64,000 nucleotides of DNA, from the NCBI GenBank assembly GCA_012295275.1, contig CM022667.1, positions 22,382,001 through 22,446,000 on the forward strand. The letters run 5' to 3'. Made by a program: the position numbers and the translations under genes. The notes beneath the pieces were generated by a model. It saw only the letters and a list, made by a program, of their open reading frames with translations, was not told the DNA's origin and searched no databases. The stretch comes from Chrysomallon squamiferum. Taxonomy: Eukaryota > Animalia > Mollusca. Each line of letters begins with the position of its first letter. The stretch's first letter is position 1. Below are positions 13,254 through 27,486 of the stretch, piece after piece.

Positions 13254-13394
13254 ATGCCCCTGGGACCATTTGGTGAGGTGGTGGGTACCACTGGAACCCT
13301 AGAAGCACTAAGTCCTGCATCACAGAATTATAAGAGCAAAGTTATTGCTCCAAGGAATCCCAAGATTCTCAGAGATGATGACCCATTGCATAAA
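13254..13394 (+). CDS. HYDIN: HYDIN coding exon 1
   Basis: [10 protein letters not shown]...[12 protein letters not shown]; acceptors just upstream of ATG; donor GTAATG. Confidence 0.8.
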
Positions 13395-16300
13395 GTAATG
13401 TGTTATAATAATTTATTATTTATTTCATAATAAACATTTATTTCAATACTAAGATTTATTTTTAATTTATCAATTAATTTTGCAGATTTTAAAAATAAAT
13501 CAAAATAATAATAAGCGGGATATAACAATTGTTTTAACTCTTAATGTATATGTTATTGATGTGTAAGGCATGAATCATTATTTTTTTTAATACCCATATG
13601 TTGTTTTTTTAGACTTTAGAACATGTGTATTTTTGAATACATCATAAAATACTTTGAAAATTATGAGTGGTTTATGAACATAATATTATTCAATAAGAAA
13701 TATATTTGTTGTTTTATTGAATTTGTTATCTTTTCATGTTCATTTTAAGAAATCATTGCTAAGTTTATAATAATAGTTTTATGTTTTAATTTAATTTAAT
13801 TTGTTTTGTTTTATGGATAAAGGCCTATTAATTTTATTTTATTTCACTCTTTAGAGGTTGCTTGAGATGTCAGTATAATTAACAAAGAGTGAAGTATGCT
13901 TGGTAAATATTAGGTTATGTAAAAATGTATTTAGATTGCTACACAATGTAGGATGTTTAATTTTCAGTTTTGTTACAATCTAAGTTAGATTAAGCTAATG
14001 AAATACATATTTATTAATTCTGTAAACATTTCTGGATTTTTCAGATGACACCAAGTAAGTTTTTGTTTGACATGAAAATGAACACAGAGCAGAAACTTGC
14101 CAATACACATGTGATGCGGATACCACGTAAAGTAGAACTTTTGGATATGGCAGAGACATCACTTCAGAAGGTTGAAAAAACAGCAACAATGTTTATTATA
14201 TACCAGATAAATTTAAAAATGTTTTGAGATGTTCTGGTTTATTGTACAATCTTGTACTTTATTTTGAAAGAAAATTATTTTCTAATACCTTATTTGTTTT
14301 TCTTTTTTTCATTTTGCTGAGAAAAGTTTCTGTTGCTTATTTTTATTGATATATTCATTTTTAAAAAGGTAGGAATATTTCAAATATAATACTTAATTTA
14401 TGATTATTTCCCCAGAAATGATTGCTTAAATTTATTTTTCAAAAGTCATTACAATACTTTTTATAACCATAAAATTATTTATGTAAAATTTTGAAATTTA
14501 TTTTAAAGACTTACAAACCTGTATGGTTGTGATCTGAATTTTTTATTGTTTTCATTTTCTAATTATTGTTTCAGTTCTCTCAAGTCAGTATTGATGAGCC
14601 AATGTTTCAACCATTCCCATCAGAAGTGTATTTCCAGAACTTTGAACCCTATGAAACTTATGAAGTACCCCTTGTTCTGCGTAATAATGACAAAGTAATT
14701 TTATATTAATTTCTGTTACATGGCTTGAGGCTGAATAAAAAAAAAAAAAAACCTGCCATAAGATAGAAAACATTGATTATTTATAGAAAATATTGTGAGA
14801 ATAAATGTTTTTTTTTTATAAATGTTCATTAATGAGCATTACAGATCTTTATTTTATTTTATTTTTTTTCTGAGATATTTATTTTCAGTCAGAAAGGCTA
14901 CTTGCTGATTTAAAATGAAACAAAATATTAAATCATGTATTGTTTTTAATCATAGGTGCCACGTCTAGTTAAAGTTACACAGGAGAATTCTCCATATTTT
15001 AAAATCATAAGTCCACATGATGTTGGAAACAAAGTAGGACCAGGTCTGCCAACAACATTCAGAATTCAGTTCACTCCCGAAGAAAACAAGGTTTAATTTT
15101 ATTTAATATATTTCATTAATAAAACTTAAATTACTGTTATTATTATTATTATTATTTATAGAATGAAAAAAAGAATGAAAAAAACACCAAAATTATATAT
15201 TTCATTAATGTGTTTATGGTAATTTTAATTTTAAAACAAAGTTTATTTCAATCATTTCTATTATTAAAATGATTTTAATTATTAAATAGTATTTTTAATT
15301 ATATGAATAAAAATAATTTTCTTTGATTCTGATAAACATAAAGAAAACCTTTCCAGCCTTCATTAAAATATGAGTATTAATTTTAAACTACTGAAGTTAG
15401 TAACAAAAAATACTCAGTAAATTGTTGATAAACATTTTTTTTCTTTCAACACATGTACTGTTACATTTGTAGGATTATTGTCATGAACTGGTGTGTGTCA
15501 CTGAGAGAGAGAAGTTCCTTGTTCCTGTCAAAGCTATAGGAGCACGTGCCATTTTAGATTTCCCAGATGACATTATTTTTCCTGTGTGCCCAGTAAAATA
15601 TACAAACACCAAGACACTGCTCATCCGAAATATTGGCAACAGAGAAGCAAAATTCACGCTTCAAGTAGAAAGGTTATTTAATTTTAAAAAAATATATAAT
15701 TACAAAAGTGAAATGTTGTGTTTAATAACTATATTAATTAAAAATATATATATATTGTGTGAAATATATGTAACAGTATGGATAAAAAAAAATAAAAAAA
15801 ATTATTTGATATATAATTATTTTAATTGTGAATGAACAGATGATATAAGTTTGTAAAGATATTTCTGTAAGATTTTCCTGTAGGTTTTTATAATTTGTTA
15901 TAATAACTGAAACAAAAAAAGTTAGAATTTTATCTCATTACCAATGAACACATTAATTTTGGAAAGTTAAACACAAAATATTCATAATCTAAACATTTTT
16001 CTGTTAACAAAAAATATAAAATGTTTATTATGCAGACCTTTTTCTGTGAGTCCTGATATCGGAACACTTGTCATGATGGACAGCATGCAGGTAACGGTGG
16101 AATTCACACCAGAACATGTAGGTGATATTACCACTGATCTTGTTCTGCATTACGATACAGGTGAGTTCTTATTTTGCTTACAGGTAAATATATTAATATT
16201 ACACAAGTATATGGATGTGTGTATATTTAATGCATTTAAAGATGACATCATCTATTAAATAAATATAGTAAATAAAAAAAATATTACGTTATCTTCAGGA

Positions 16301-19128
16301 GAAGATGTTTTTATCAGTCTGTATGGAGCTGCCCAGGACTGCAATGTGCGTCTTGACAAGAACTCAATCAGGATTGAGAACACATACATTTCAATGGCAA
16401 GTCAGAGAACAGTGACCATTCACAACAGATCAAGTGTCATTGCCCACTTTCGCTGGACCCAGTTTGCTACAAGGGAAGAAGAGGAACAACAGAAATTTTT
16501 GTTAGTATTTTTATTTTTAAATTTGTGATAATTAATAATTTTGTTAACAGATTAAAAAAAAAAATACTAGCCTTTGTGAACATGTTTTTTTTAATATAAA
16601 TTGGTTTCTTAATAATGATCATCTGTTTGAAGAATTTTGCTAGCTGCATTTGGCACTCAACTCGGTGCTGTGACAGCAACAGTTGTAGCTCGTATAAGAC
16701 GTAAATTCGAATAGAACACAATGCATGTCTTCAATGCCACAATTGAAGTTGACGCTTTCGATCTTACATAGCAACATCTTCTCCAATCGTCTTTCGTAAA
16801 GGTGGGTCAGTTTGTCTAATGCAAATAACATGGTGGAATTGTCGATCCTGAAGATCTTCTATCCAAGGTGTTTCATACTCACTATTAGATGTGGCTTCGT
16901 ACACCATCGTATTCGAATAGGAGTTCAGGCATGACAGGAGTTTCATGTTTTTTCGTTGTTTGAAACACAGACACAGACAAACACACACACACATAGATAG
17001 AAACGTGGTCACCGTCAAACTGAAGCGTCATCTTCATTATGAGTGGAAGAGCATATTCTTGATTCTTTGCTTTAAGAAAGACTCGTTGAAACAGAAGATA
17101 GATAGCACACTCTGAATGGAGGAGGTCATGTGTCTTGTTCTTTTGAGGACCACAATACTGGGAACAAAAAGATTGTAGTCTTCTCCGGTTTCATAATCTC
17201 TGCTGAAATTTGTTTCTGTCAGATACTATTTTCTTTCAAAAAAAACAACAAAACACTTATCTTTTCATTTGTATTTGATTTAAAAAACAGTTTCTCGTAA
17301 ATTAACAACTATTATAAGGTTTCATATTTTTATAAATAATTCAGTATTTATTTTTCACTTTGAAACTTTAAAATTATCTTTAATCAGTATTGTTAACTAG
17401 AAACAACTTTTGTATCATTATTAATTAATCTCTGATAATTCAGCTTTGAACCAATATAACAATAACTTTGTGTCTGCAGACAACAACTGGACTTGGAGAA
17501 GGAAGAAAGAGATGACACAGACAGGTTTCTGGAGGAGTGCATTGCTGACCCAACTCTGAGGGACAAACTTTCCATTCTTGGTCGGACATTTAAGAACAGG
17601 CAGAAGGTATTTTGTAGATATTTCACATGCCCTGTACAAAAATATCTATAAAATTATAAAACTAATATATCTATTCACTGAATTAAAAAAAGAACTTAAA
17701 AAAAAGAAAAAAAAAAAAGATTTTAATAACTTTCTAAATAATATAAATGATATAACTGATTTAATAAATAAAATAAAAAATGAAATGATGAATGTCTATT
17801 AAATAGAATAATATTTGAGAAAAATGAAGAGATCAGGCTAAGGAATATGATGTTAACTTGTGAAATGTGATGTTTTCAGGTAGTGGAAAATGACAAACAT
17901 CTGTTCACTGATGATGTGATTAAAATTGACCCTATTGAGGGAGATATCTGGCCCAACTCAACATTTGATGTGAGTGTGGTCTTCAAGCCACGAGAGGCTC
18001 AAATCTACACACAGACTGCTTATTGTGATATAACAGGACGAGAGAGCAGATTGCCATTGCGTATCCGCGGTGATGGACAAGGACCTAATGTAGACTTCTC
18101 ATTTGATGTTCTGAACATGGGTAACATTTTTATTGGATCTGTTCATGTGTATGAAGTAGTCCTGGCAAACAAAGGCAACATTGATGCTATTTTTAGTGTG
18201 ATGCCAAGAAGTTCTATATTTGGACCATGTTTCCAGTTCAATCCAGCTGAGGGTATTGTGATGCCTGGAGGTCACCAAGCCATTCAGATCATCTTCAGAA
18301 GTCCTTACCTCGGAGACTTCTCTGAACAATTTTATTTCCAAATTGATGGTTCATCACAGCAGCTTTCCTTAACATTCAAGTAAGACTATGTCTTAATAAA
18401 TACATAAAATTTGGACAGGTTTAGATTAACTTAATTTTTATTTCATATCATTTATATTCTATTATTACTTTATTGTGTCAGAGATACTTTGTTTTTCTAG
18501 AATAGTGAATTACTGTTTAATTAAGAACATCTAAAAATGAATGACTGAGAAAGTATCAGACTCATGTAAGTGCCCAAGTAGCAATTTTAAAAAACTAACA
18601 TTCTTGGATTGCTTGCTGTGTGCTTATATATATAAAATTACTTATTTACAATTACTTCATTCAATATTCTGCATCATTTTTATTTTTTAAACTAGTATAA
18701 TTAAATGTTTTTTAAATATAACATAATCAAGACAATGTTCATGTGATTTGTGACAGTATTTGTTAAATTTTAAAAAAAAAAAAAAAAAAAAAAGCAACAT
18801 ACACATGCACACACATTAGTATACAAAGATGTTATTATTCTTCAGTGGATCAGTGACAGGACCAACTTTCCAGTTCAGTGTACCAAAGCTCAAATTTGGA
18901 ACTGTTTCTTATGGTGAGTTCATTGTTATATATTCTTTTTCTTATAGCCAACATTTCCTGTAACTTAATATATATTTACTCATTCTTTATCACTGTGTAT
19001 TAATTTTTCATTTCATTTTTAAATAACTTAGACTTGCTTTATTGTAAAAATAACAATGATAATGCTAACCATAGCCATTACCATAACAAAGACTAGAACA
19101 ACTACAATAATAATAATGAAAAAAAAAA

Positions 19129-19160
<32 letters not shown>

Positions 19161-22100
19161 TAACATATTCAAGTTTGTTTAGGACTAATAATAATTATTA
19201 TTATGATGATGTTATTTTATTTGTTTTATAATATTATTATCATTATCATTTATTTTCATTATTTGTATATTTATTTTAAAATACGAAAACAACATTTTTC
19301 AGGCTTCCTCAATATACAAACGTGTACACTGATGAATACTTCATTGGTACCAATGACCTTTCGTCTTCGGATTCCATCTGATGGTACTGTTGCAAGTATC
19401 TGCTGCACTGATGACTTGAATGAAGACAGTGTTGCAGAGAAGAACATACAAGCAGCTGGTGGTCCTCCGAAAGAGTTTGAGATAATACCAGCCACAGAGA
19501 CACTTTCAGCACAGAGTGAAATGAAGATCACAGTAAAGTTTGTGTCAAACACAATAAAAAAATATGATGTTGCACTTGTTGTTGATGTTGATAAAGTTGG
19601 AGAAGAAGTTTTGTCATTACCCATTTCTGCAAGGTCAGAATATAAAAACATAATTTTTTAAATATTAATCTTATTCTTTAATTTTGAATGCCAGAAAAAA
19701 AAAGATTTGGCAACTTCTTTTACAATAACAAAATTGCATAAGTAGTTTTGTCCATAGTATTAGAATTTAAAGTATGCTTTTTATTCTCAACTTGAAAACT
19801 TGCAAATAATCATTAGAAAATCTGTCATCATTATTTCAGACAACCATTCAAATAAAGGTCTTTTTCCTCCAAAACAACTGAAATATATTAATTAAATAAT
19901 TATTTATATTTTTATATGCAGAATCAGAATATATTCATATACTTCATAAATTTTTTAATTAATTTTTTCTTTTAAATCTAAAATTAATTGTGTGTTCAGC
20001 ATTCTTCAGTTGTAATACTTTTTTATTGTCTCAAATGTTACATTTTCAGATGTGTTGTTCCAGCTATCACTGTACTTAGTCCAATTCTTGATTATGGTAG
20101 GTGTTTTCTTCGACATCCATATGAACACAGCATCAGACTTCACAATGATTCTGATCTGCCAGCCAAGTATGAAATAGTGTCTCAAAAAAGTCTGAGCATT
20201 CCAAATCCACCAATACTGTACCACAGCCCTGTACCTAAAGTAAGCTGTTTCTTATATTCAATATATATTTCACATAAACAATGTCTAAATTGCTACATTC
20301 TTATGCACACGCACACACACACGCATGCACACACACACACATGCAGACACACAGTGTTTAGTGTATTATATTTCATATATACAATGCATTATATTTATAT
20401 TAATTTACTCTGGTACAGAATGACCTTTGTTTTACACCTGTTAAAAGCACCAACTAAATTGTCATTAAATATATCTTATATTAAATATAGCTTACAATAA
20501 GTGACAAATTGAATATATCCAGTGTTTCAAATTTTGAGTTATTCAGTATTTAGCACAAACAATTTGTTCAACATAAAAATTTAAAATATTTGAATAATGA
20601 TTAATTTAATTCTTTATTAAGTATAAAACTATATGATGTTAATTTATGATATTTATGTTTCTTCTTAAATTATTTATTTTTATATTTATTTATTTTAGAA
20701 GATCAATATATATTCTTGACAACCAAATTTAGCAACAACCACTGTCTTTATAGATACGTTATTTTTATATTTTAAATTCAATATATTATATTGAAATGTT
20801 TTAGGGAATTATTGCCCCTCACTGTGTGTTTGATGTAGCTTTGCTGATAGAAGCACAGGCTCTGGATGAACTAAATATTTCTGTTTTTGTTCACATCTTT
20901 GGAAGTCCTGATCAGCCAATGGTAGGTTTTATTATTTTAACATTGAATTAACTTTTCATAAAATGAAAAAATATACATAGATGATGACTGCTCTTCTATA
21001 ATATTTTTTAAATAATGAACAAAATGAACAGTTTTTCTTGATGTGCTGATACAATTCATTTTATTGCATTTTTTATTTTTATATTTCTTCCTTGCTTTTC
21101 ACTTGCTTCTCTGAAATAAGAATTGACATTCATTATTTTTTAAAATGATTAGTTGCTGTCTAATGAAAAAATTAGCTGCAGTAAAAAATTTTTTTTTTTG
21201 GACATGTATAATAGTAGAGAAAATACTTCTATTGTAAATTCAATAACCTTCTAAATAAATATTAACACAAACTGTAGATATATATTTCAGTTAAGTAATC
21301 ATCAGGCTGTGTGAGTAATACCCCAGATTATTATTACAGTTTATATCTTCCTTTTGTTAATTTTATTGAGTTTTTTTCTGGGGTTTTTCAGCCTGTACAT
21401 ATCACATGTGTTGGTGAAGGACCTGTAGTTCATATCTTGCCACTTGAACTTGACTGGGGATTAGTTCCAGTTCTAACTGATACACCAAAGAAAATACTTC
21501 TTGCCAATGAGTCTTTGATTCCAGCCCAGTTCAGTGCACACATGGTATATTAGTCCTGCTTCAGCATTTTCAAAACAGGCAATAAAAATCATTAATATGT
21601 ACTTTGTTCTGCCATAACCTCTACCTTTATCAGTGAACTATCAAGAATATATCCTCAGGAAATAAAATTATTAATAATATGACAAAGAGAACAACATTAT
21701 AAATTAATAATTTTTTTCAATTAAATAAAAACTAAAAACATTTATTATTAATAATGTTAAAATGAATATTCAAAACTTAAGTTTATTATAAAACATTTAC
21801 TACTATATTATTTATATGTATACACCAGGTACGGCCAAACACTGTGTTTCAAATTGAGCCAACAGAGGGTGAAATTGGACCTGAAGAAACAATACAAGTT
21901 ACAGTCACTGCTAATCTGGATGACTGTGTCAGGTAAAATATTTATAATTAAATGGATCTGAAAAAAATAAAATAATAGGAATCAATTATTTGTTTTAATT
22001 TTAATCTTTGCTTAATGTTGTTTTAATGTTTTCATTTCTGAATGTTTTTGTTTATTTGAAAATTTTCTTTTTGTGCAGATTTCACGACAAGCTGCAGATT

Positions 22101-25100
22101 AACTTTGTGGAGAGTCAATCAAGACAGATTCCACTGACTGCTTATGGACAGGGTACAACAATCATGTCTGACCCTCCACTCACATCAAAACTTGATCTTG
22201 GACCAAACTTCAGGTAGAAGTATACATATAATTTAAGGCATAAATTAAAACAACCAAATAATTATTGCTTAAATGTTTTTAACTCTTTATCTGACTGAAC
22301 TATAATGAAAAAGTATTTTAATTAGTTCAAAATGCTTGGCTACATCAAATTTAATCTTTAAAATTATAATAGAACTGCACTTTTGAAATATTTGAATAAA
22401 AAGAAATTTCAGTTTAACAACTATAAAATCAAGACGAATTTTAGCTCTATATTTTATAAGTTATGTTAATTTGAAACTGTTTTTGATTTATAACTGTTTA
22501 CAGTAACCGTCCTCTGAAGAAAACATTCACACTGACAAACAATGGCCGTCGCCATCAACAGCTAGTGTGGAGTACAGACGGGTTCCAGATTAGCAAAGCC
22601 AAGAAAGAAATGGCAGCATATAATGCTTGTGACATGAAGTTCAAGGTATTTCTTTTCAGAAGTAAATGTAGTTTTATCATAAATTTAAATTTTGAATATT
22701 CATTTTAACTTTATATTAATAGTAAAAGTCATTTTAGAAATAATATATGTTTAACTTTTAATATTTACAAATATTTACAAGTATTTTAATATTAAGACAG
22801 TATTTTAACACTATAATCCAACTTGTATTTTTGTCTTTGATTTTTGTTCAGTTAATTAATAATAATATAAATCATTTGTAAAGAACTTACTGTTGGTATT
22901 ATTTCACATCATTTTGTAAAGTTTATTATTAATAAAGGACAACATTATATTATCAGAACTGCTAATATTTGAATTAGACTAAATTAATCTTCAGTAACGG
23001 AACTTGTCTTTTTTTTGAAATTCACTAAATTGTTATTTTCTAATGCAACTTATTTCTGCTAAACAAATGATAATTAATGATAATTTTAGAATCACCCACC
23101 TCCATCAGAGCCAGTGATGCCAGTGTTCAAACTTAACCCTAACAGAATGGACCTGCCTCCAGGTCAGAGTGTACAGATGAACATTGAGGGATGTGTTGAC
23201 TCGTAAGTCATGTTTTAGGGGAGACAACTACTACTTTTATATCTGTGCAGGAATGTTATTGGTATTGTGATTGGTCTTTATCATTGTTAAACATATGATG
23301 TCAAGTATGCAAGAAAAAATTTATGATCTAATAATGTATTTTTTTATAAAAAAAATTCATAGTAACAGATACATGCAATGTACTACTGATTGAATCTGGA
23401 ATCACTTTATGACATTTTAAACAAAGTTCTGTTACCCTGTAGGCCACAGTATGTGGAGGAACGACTTCTGTGTCATGCTATCATTGGACGACAGGGTGGG
23501 AAGGAACTCATTATGAAGGTAGATGTGTTCACAAACTTCATTACCCCATTACTGGAGTTTTCTACAAAGAGTATTTTCTTCAGGGTGGATAAGGTAAGCC
23601 TTAATTTTATTTTATTGAAGTAGACATCTGCCAGAAAAACATAAAACACACACATACACACACATGCATACACCTATGTATATATGTATGTGTGTATTTA
23701 TGAATTAAAAAATAAACTTGTTCAGGAATCTTTTTTTATTGGTAAAACAGAATAATCGTTTTCTAATTTTATCTCTAAGGATTTGAATTGACCATTACAG
23801 TATGCTTTTGTCCTTTTTCTATATATTTATTATTTTGTATCATATTTTAAAAACACTAATTATATATGTAAGTCCTTTTAAAATGATATACAAAAGTGTT
23901 CAGAGATGTTTCAAAATCCATTTCTAGAACAAAACAACACATTTGTAAATATATTTAAAAAGTTTTCAGAAACTATTTAGAAAGGTATACTTTCTTAAAA
24001 AAAATCTAAAATACTGTTGTATTTATTACAAATACACTCGTAGAAAAAAATGCATTTCAAAATTTATTTCAAACTATTTAAAACACTATTTAGAAGGTAT
24101 CATTTCTCAAAATCTGTAAAAAACCCATAAATTTCAGAAAAAACCTCATTGCAAAGTTAAAAAAAAAAAAAATATGCTTTGAAAACATTTTAAAATATTT
24201 CCTTATATTTTATTTAACATATATTCCAAATGGTTTTTGTGTTTGTAATCAGCTAATCCAAAATGCTTCTTGTTCAAGTCTAAAAAGGTCAGTTTCAGTT
24301 TTTGAATGAAGAATGGGTGTTTGCTTTATAGGGATTATTTCAAAATGCAAATATATAGCCAGATAGGTTTAAAATGTTTGTTGACAGGAATGTCTACTTC
24401 ATGTCTAATATTGTATTTGTGACAAACAGTTGTAACTAAAAACATATTTTGTGTTTGGCTGACATACTGATTTTAAAATAAAACATAAAACACACACACA
24501 CATGTGTCTGTATGTATGTATGAATGTATTTGTACATGTATATGTATATTTGAAATACACTAAACTAAATGGTTTCTTGTTATTTCAGCTTCCAGGCTGT
24601 GAACTGGAGTTAGAGACTAAAGGACTGACCGTGAGCAACTTGTCCAGTCTGCCACTCACCACTGACCTCAAACTACAGAAACCTTTTTACATTATTCTAG
24701 ATGATGGCAGTGAGGTCATAGAAACAGTTAGTTTTTATTTTTATACAAAAATATGTTATAACACCAATAACTATTTATATTGCTACTTATTTATTTTTTT
24801 GTCTCGGTTACTATTTAAAATTTGGGCAAATGAATATTTTATATATATAAATGTGAAATTCTTTTCAGTGTTAAAAATATTGATTAAATTTCATAAACTT
24901 TATATCAGTTTTTCATCCTTAGCAAAATAATGAAAAGTAAAAGTGTTTGATAATTGTTTAATTTACACTTATAATTTATTCTTTATGCTAAATAGACCAT
25001 ATTTCTGTTACATATAATTTTAGTGTCACATTAAAAATTGTTAATATATATTAATAATTTGTATGGAAATGTAATAATGATGTACAAATCATTTGAAATG

Positions 25101-27432
25101 ACTGTATAAAACTAACTTTTGTTAATTGTTATAAATGAAACTTTATTTTATTGTTTTATTTAAAGGAGGTGACTTTGGATGTGAAATCATCCTACAACTT
25201 GAGAATTCAGTTTGATCCGGCCTTTAAAGATGATTTCCACATAAGAACTGTGGATGAGGTCCTCACAGTTACCTACAAGGAACATCCTCATATTGTAAAT
25301 AAAAATAATAGTTTTGATATTTTAAAAATAGATACAGAAACTGACAAACAGACACCATTCACCCACCCACACACACACACAAACAGAGACAGACACACAG
25401 ACAGACACACAGACACACACACAGACACACAGGCACACAGGCACACACAAGAACTAGCTTGTAGTTTCTGGAAGATGATATTCACAAAAATAAATAAACA
25501 TTGATGAAAACTCCTGTGATACAGATATTTACAAAGCACATAAATACAAGTCTACACATCAAAATATATATGCACATATATGGCTCTATGCACAGGATCT
25601 CTTTTTTTCTTTTTAGATACTTTCACTTGTAATATTATAGTCATTCTATGGTAAGAGATTTTGGGACATATTTTAGAGAAAGAAATACATATCGTGTTAA
25701 CCTTTCAGGACTATGTTGCTCTAAGAGGAGAGGTGTACTTCCCAAATCTAGAGTTTGAAAAGACCACAGTGAACTTTGGCTGTATTTTAAATGACACTGA
25801 AGTGACACGTTATGTGAATATCACCAATAACAGTCCAATGGAGGTAAAGTACAGATGGTCATTTCTGATTGACCAGGAGCCATGTACTGTGATAAACAGA
25901 CCAAAAGAGAAACCATTTCTTGATATGATAACAGAAGACAAACATGAGGACTTTGGCCATGATGATGCTGAACAGGTGGGGATAATTGTGGAGAATGTGG
26001 AAGAGGAGAACCTAGAGAATGAACAGGAGGTGAATAAGGAGATGCTGAAAGAAGTGAGTGAAATCAGTACTACCATAAATCTAAGTACTGTGATTAATGG
26101 AGTTAATTTATTTAACTTTTTTTTTTTTTTTTTTATTATAAGATCATTTGTTATGAGATTTTTTATTTATAATTTAATACTTTATATAAGCCATAAAAGA
26201 AAAATAATTTTCACTTTTTTTAATAATTAATATAAGATATTATTTTATTATTTTTGCATGATTTTGATCATCAGGTAGATGAAGAAAAGATTGATGGGAT
26301 AAAAAAAGGGGAGATGTGTGATGATAATATTGCAAAAGAGGAAGGAGCTGCTTCAGATAATGAAATAGAAAAAGTAAGTGCGGTATGTTTTCATAATTAA
26401 AGAAGAATATAAATCAAAATAAGATTATGTACATAAGTGTATTTTTATAAATGTTTATGCTTGATGCATATTTCAAATATAATTATGATTTTATGATTTA
26501 CAACATCTTCCTTTCCCAAAATCCACATTGTTTTGTATCAGCTGTAAATTATATTAAATTATAAACACTATTTCACTGAAAATTTAGTTTGTCAAAATAT
26601 AAATGCTGCAGGGTCAACTTGACATGGAGCAGGAGAAGATGAAAGATGACAGAGAAGATGAGATCTTTAGACTTGGGTCAAGTCGAATGTCATATCATGC
26701 AGAGGATGATGCATTAAAGTCTAACCGTGCTTTGTCGGTTCTGCTTGAGCAAGATCTTGAAGCTACAACACCAATAGGCATTGAGGAGGTTTGTTTCATC
26801 TTAATTTCATTTTATTCCTATATTTTGTATTTATTATTATTATTATTATTATTATTAATTTTCTGTTTTTATTAAAAAGATTTAAATTATGAAGTGAATT
26901 AAATTATAATCATATTATTTTCAGTAACAATTTTATAATCAGTAGTGTTTTTAATAGATTAATTAATTATTTGAGCCAGTCACACCAAAAAATTAAATAT
27001 ATATAATTTCAGTAATATATATTTTTAAAAATTACAATAAATATAAACAAATGTATTGTTAATAGATTAATTATTTGAATAATTAAAAGAATAATAATAA
27101 TAAATAAATATTTAATTTTAAAAATAAAAATAAATACAAGTAATGTTCATGCCTATTATTTCTAATTTCTTATAGGTATTTGATATTTTGCCACTGTATG
27201 GAAGTTTACAGCCTGGTGACACTGAACAAATCACCTTAACCTTTTATGGACATGCTGACATTTGGGGCCAAGTCAAGGCTATTTGTGAAGTTGAAGGTGG
27301 ACCAACTTATGAACTACTGCTAAAAGGAGAAGCATCGCTGGTTGAATATACTTTTGATACAAGAAACATTGACTTTGGTCAACAGGTGAGTTCATTAACC
27401 CCTTATATATATTCTACCACTTTCCACACACT

Positions 27433-27486
<54 letters not shown>

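Noticed and set aside
16181-16189. CAG|GTAAAT inside intron 6
   Set aside because: Only 23 nt from the true donor: too close for recursive splicing, and frameshifting as an alternative donor.
18099-19651. Minus-strand ORFs overlapping HYDIN exons (also 25810-26076, 41355-41819, 52755-52976, 54165-54401)
   Set aside because: Antisense shadows of coding exons, with no independent homology or splice structure.
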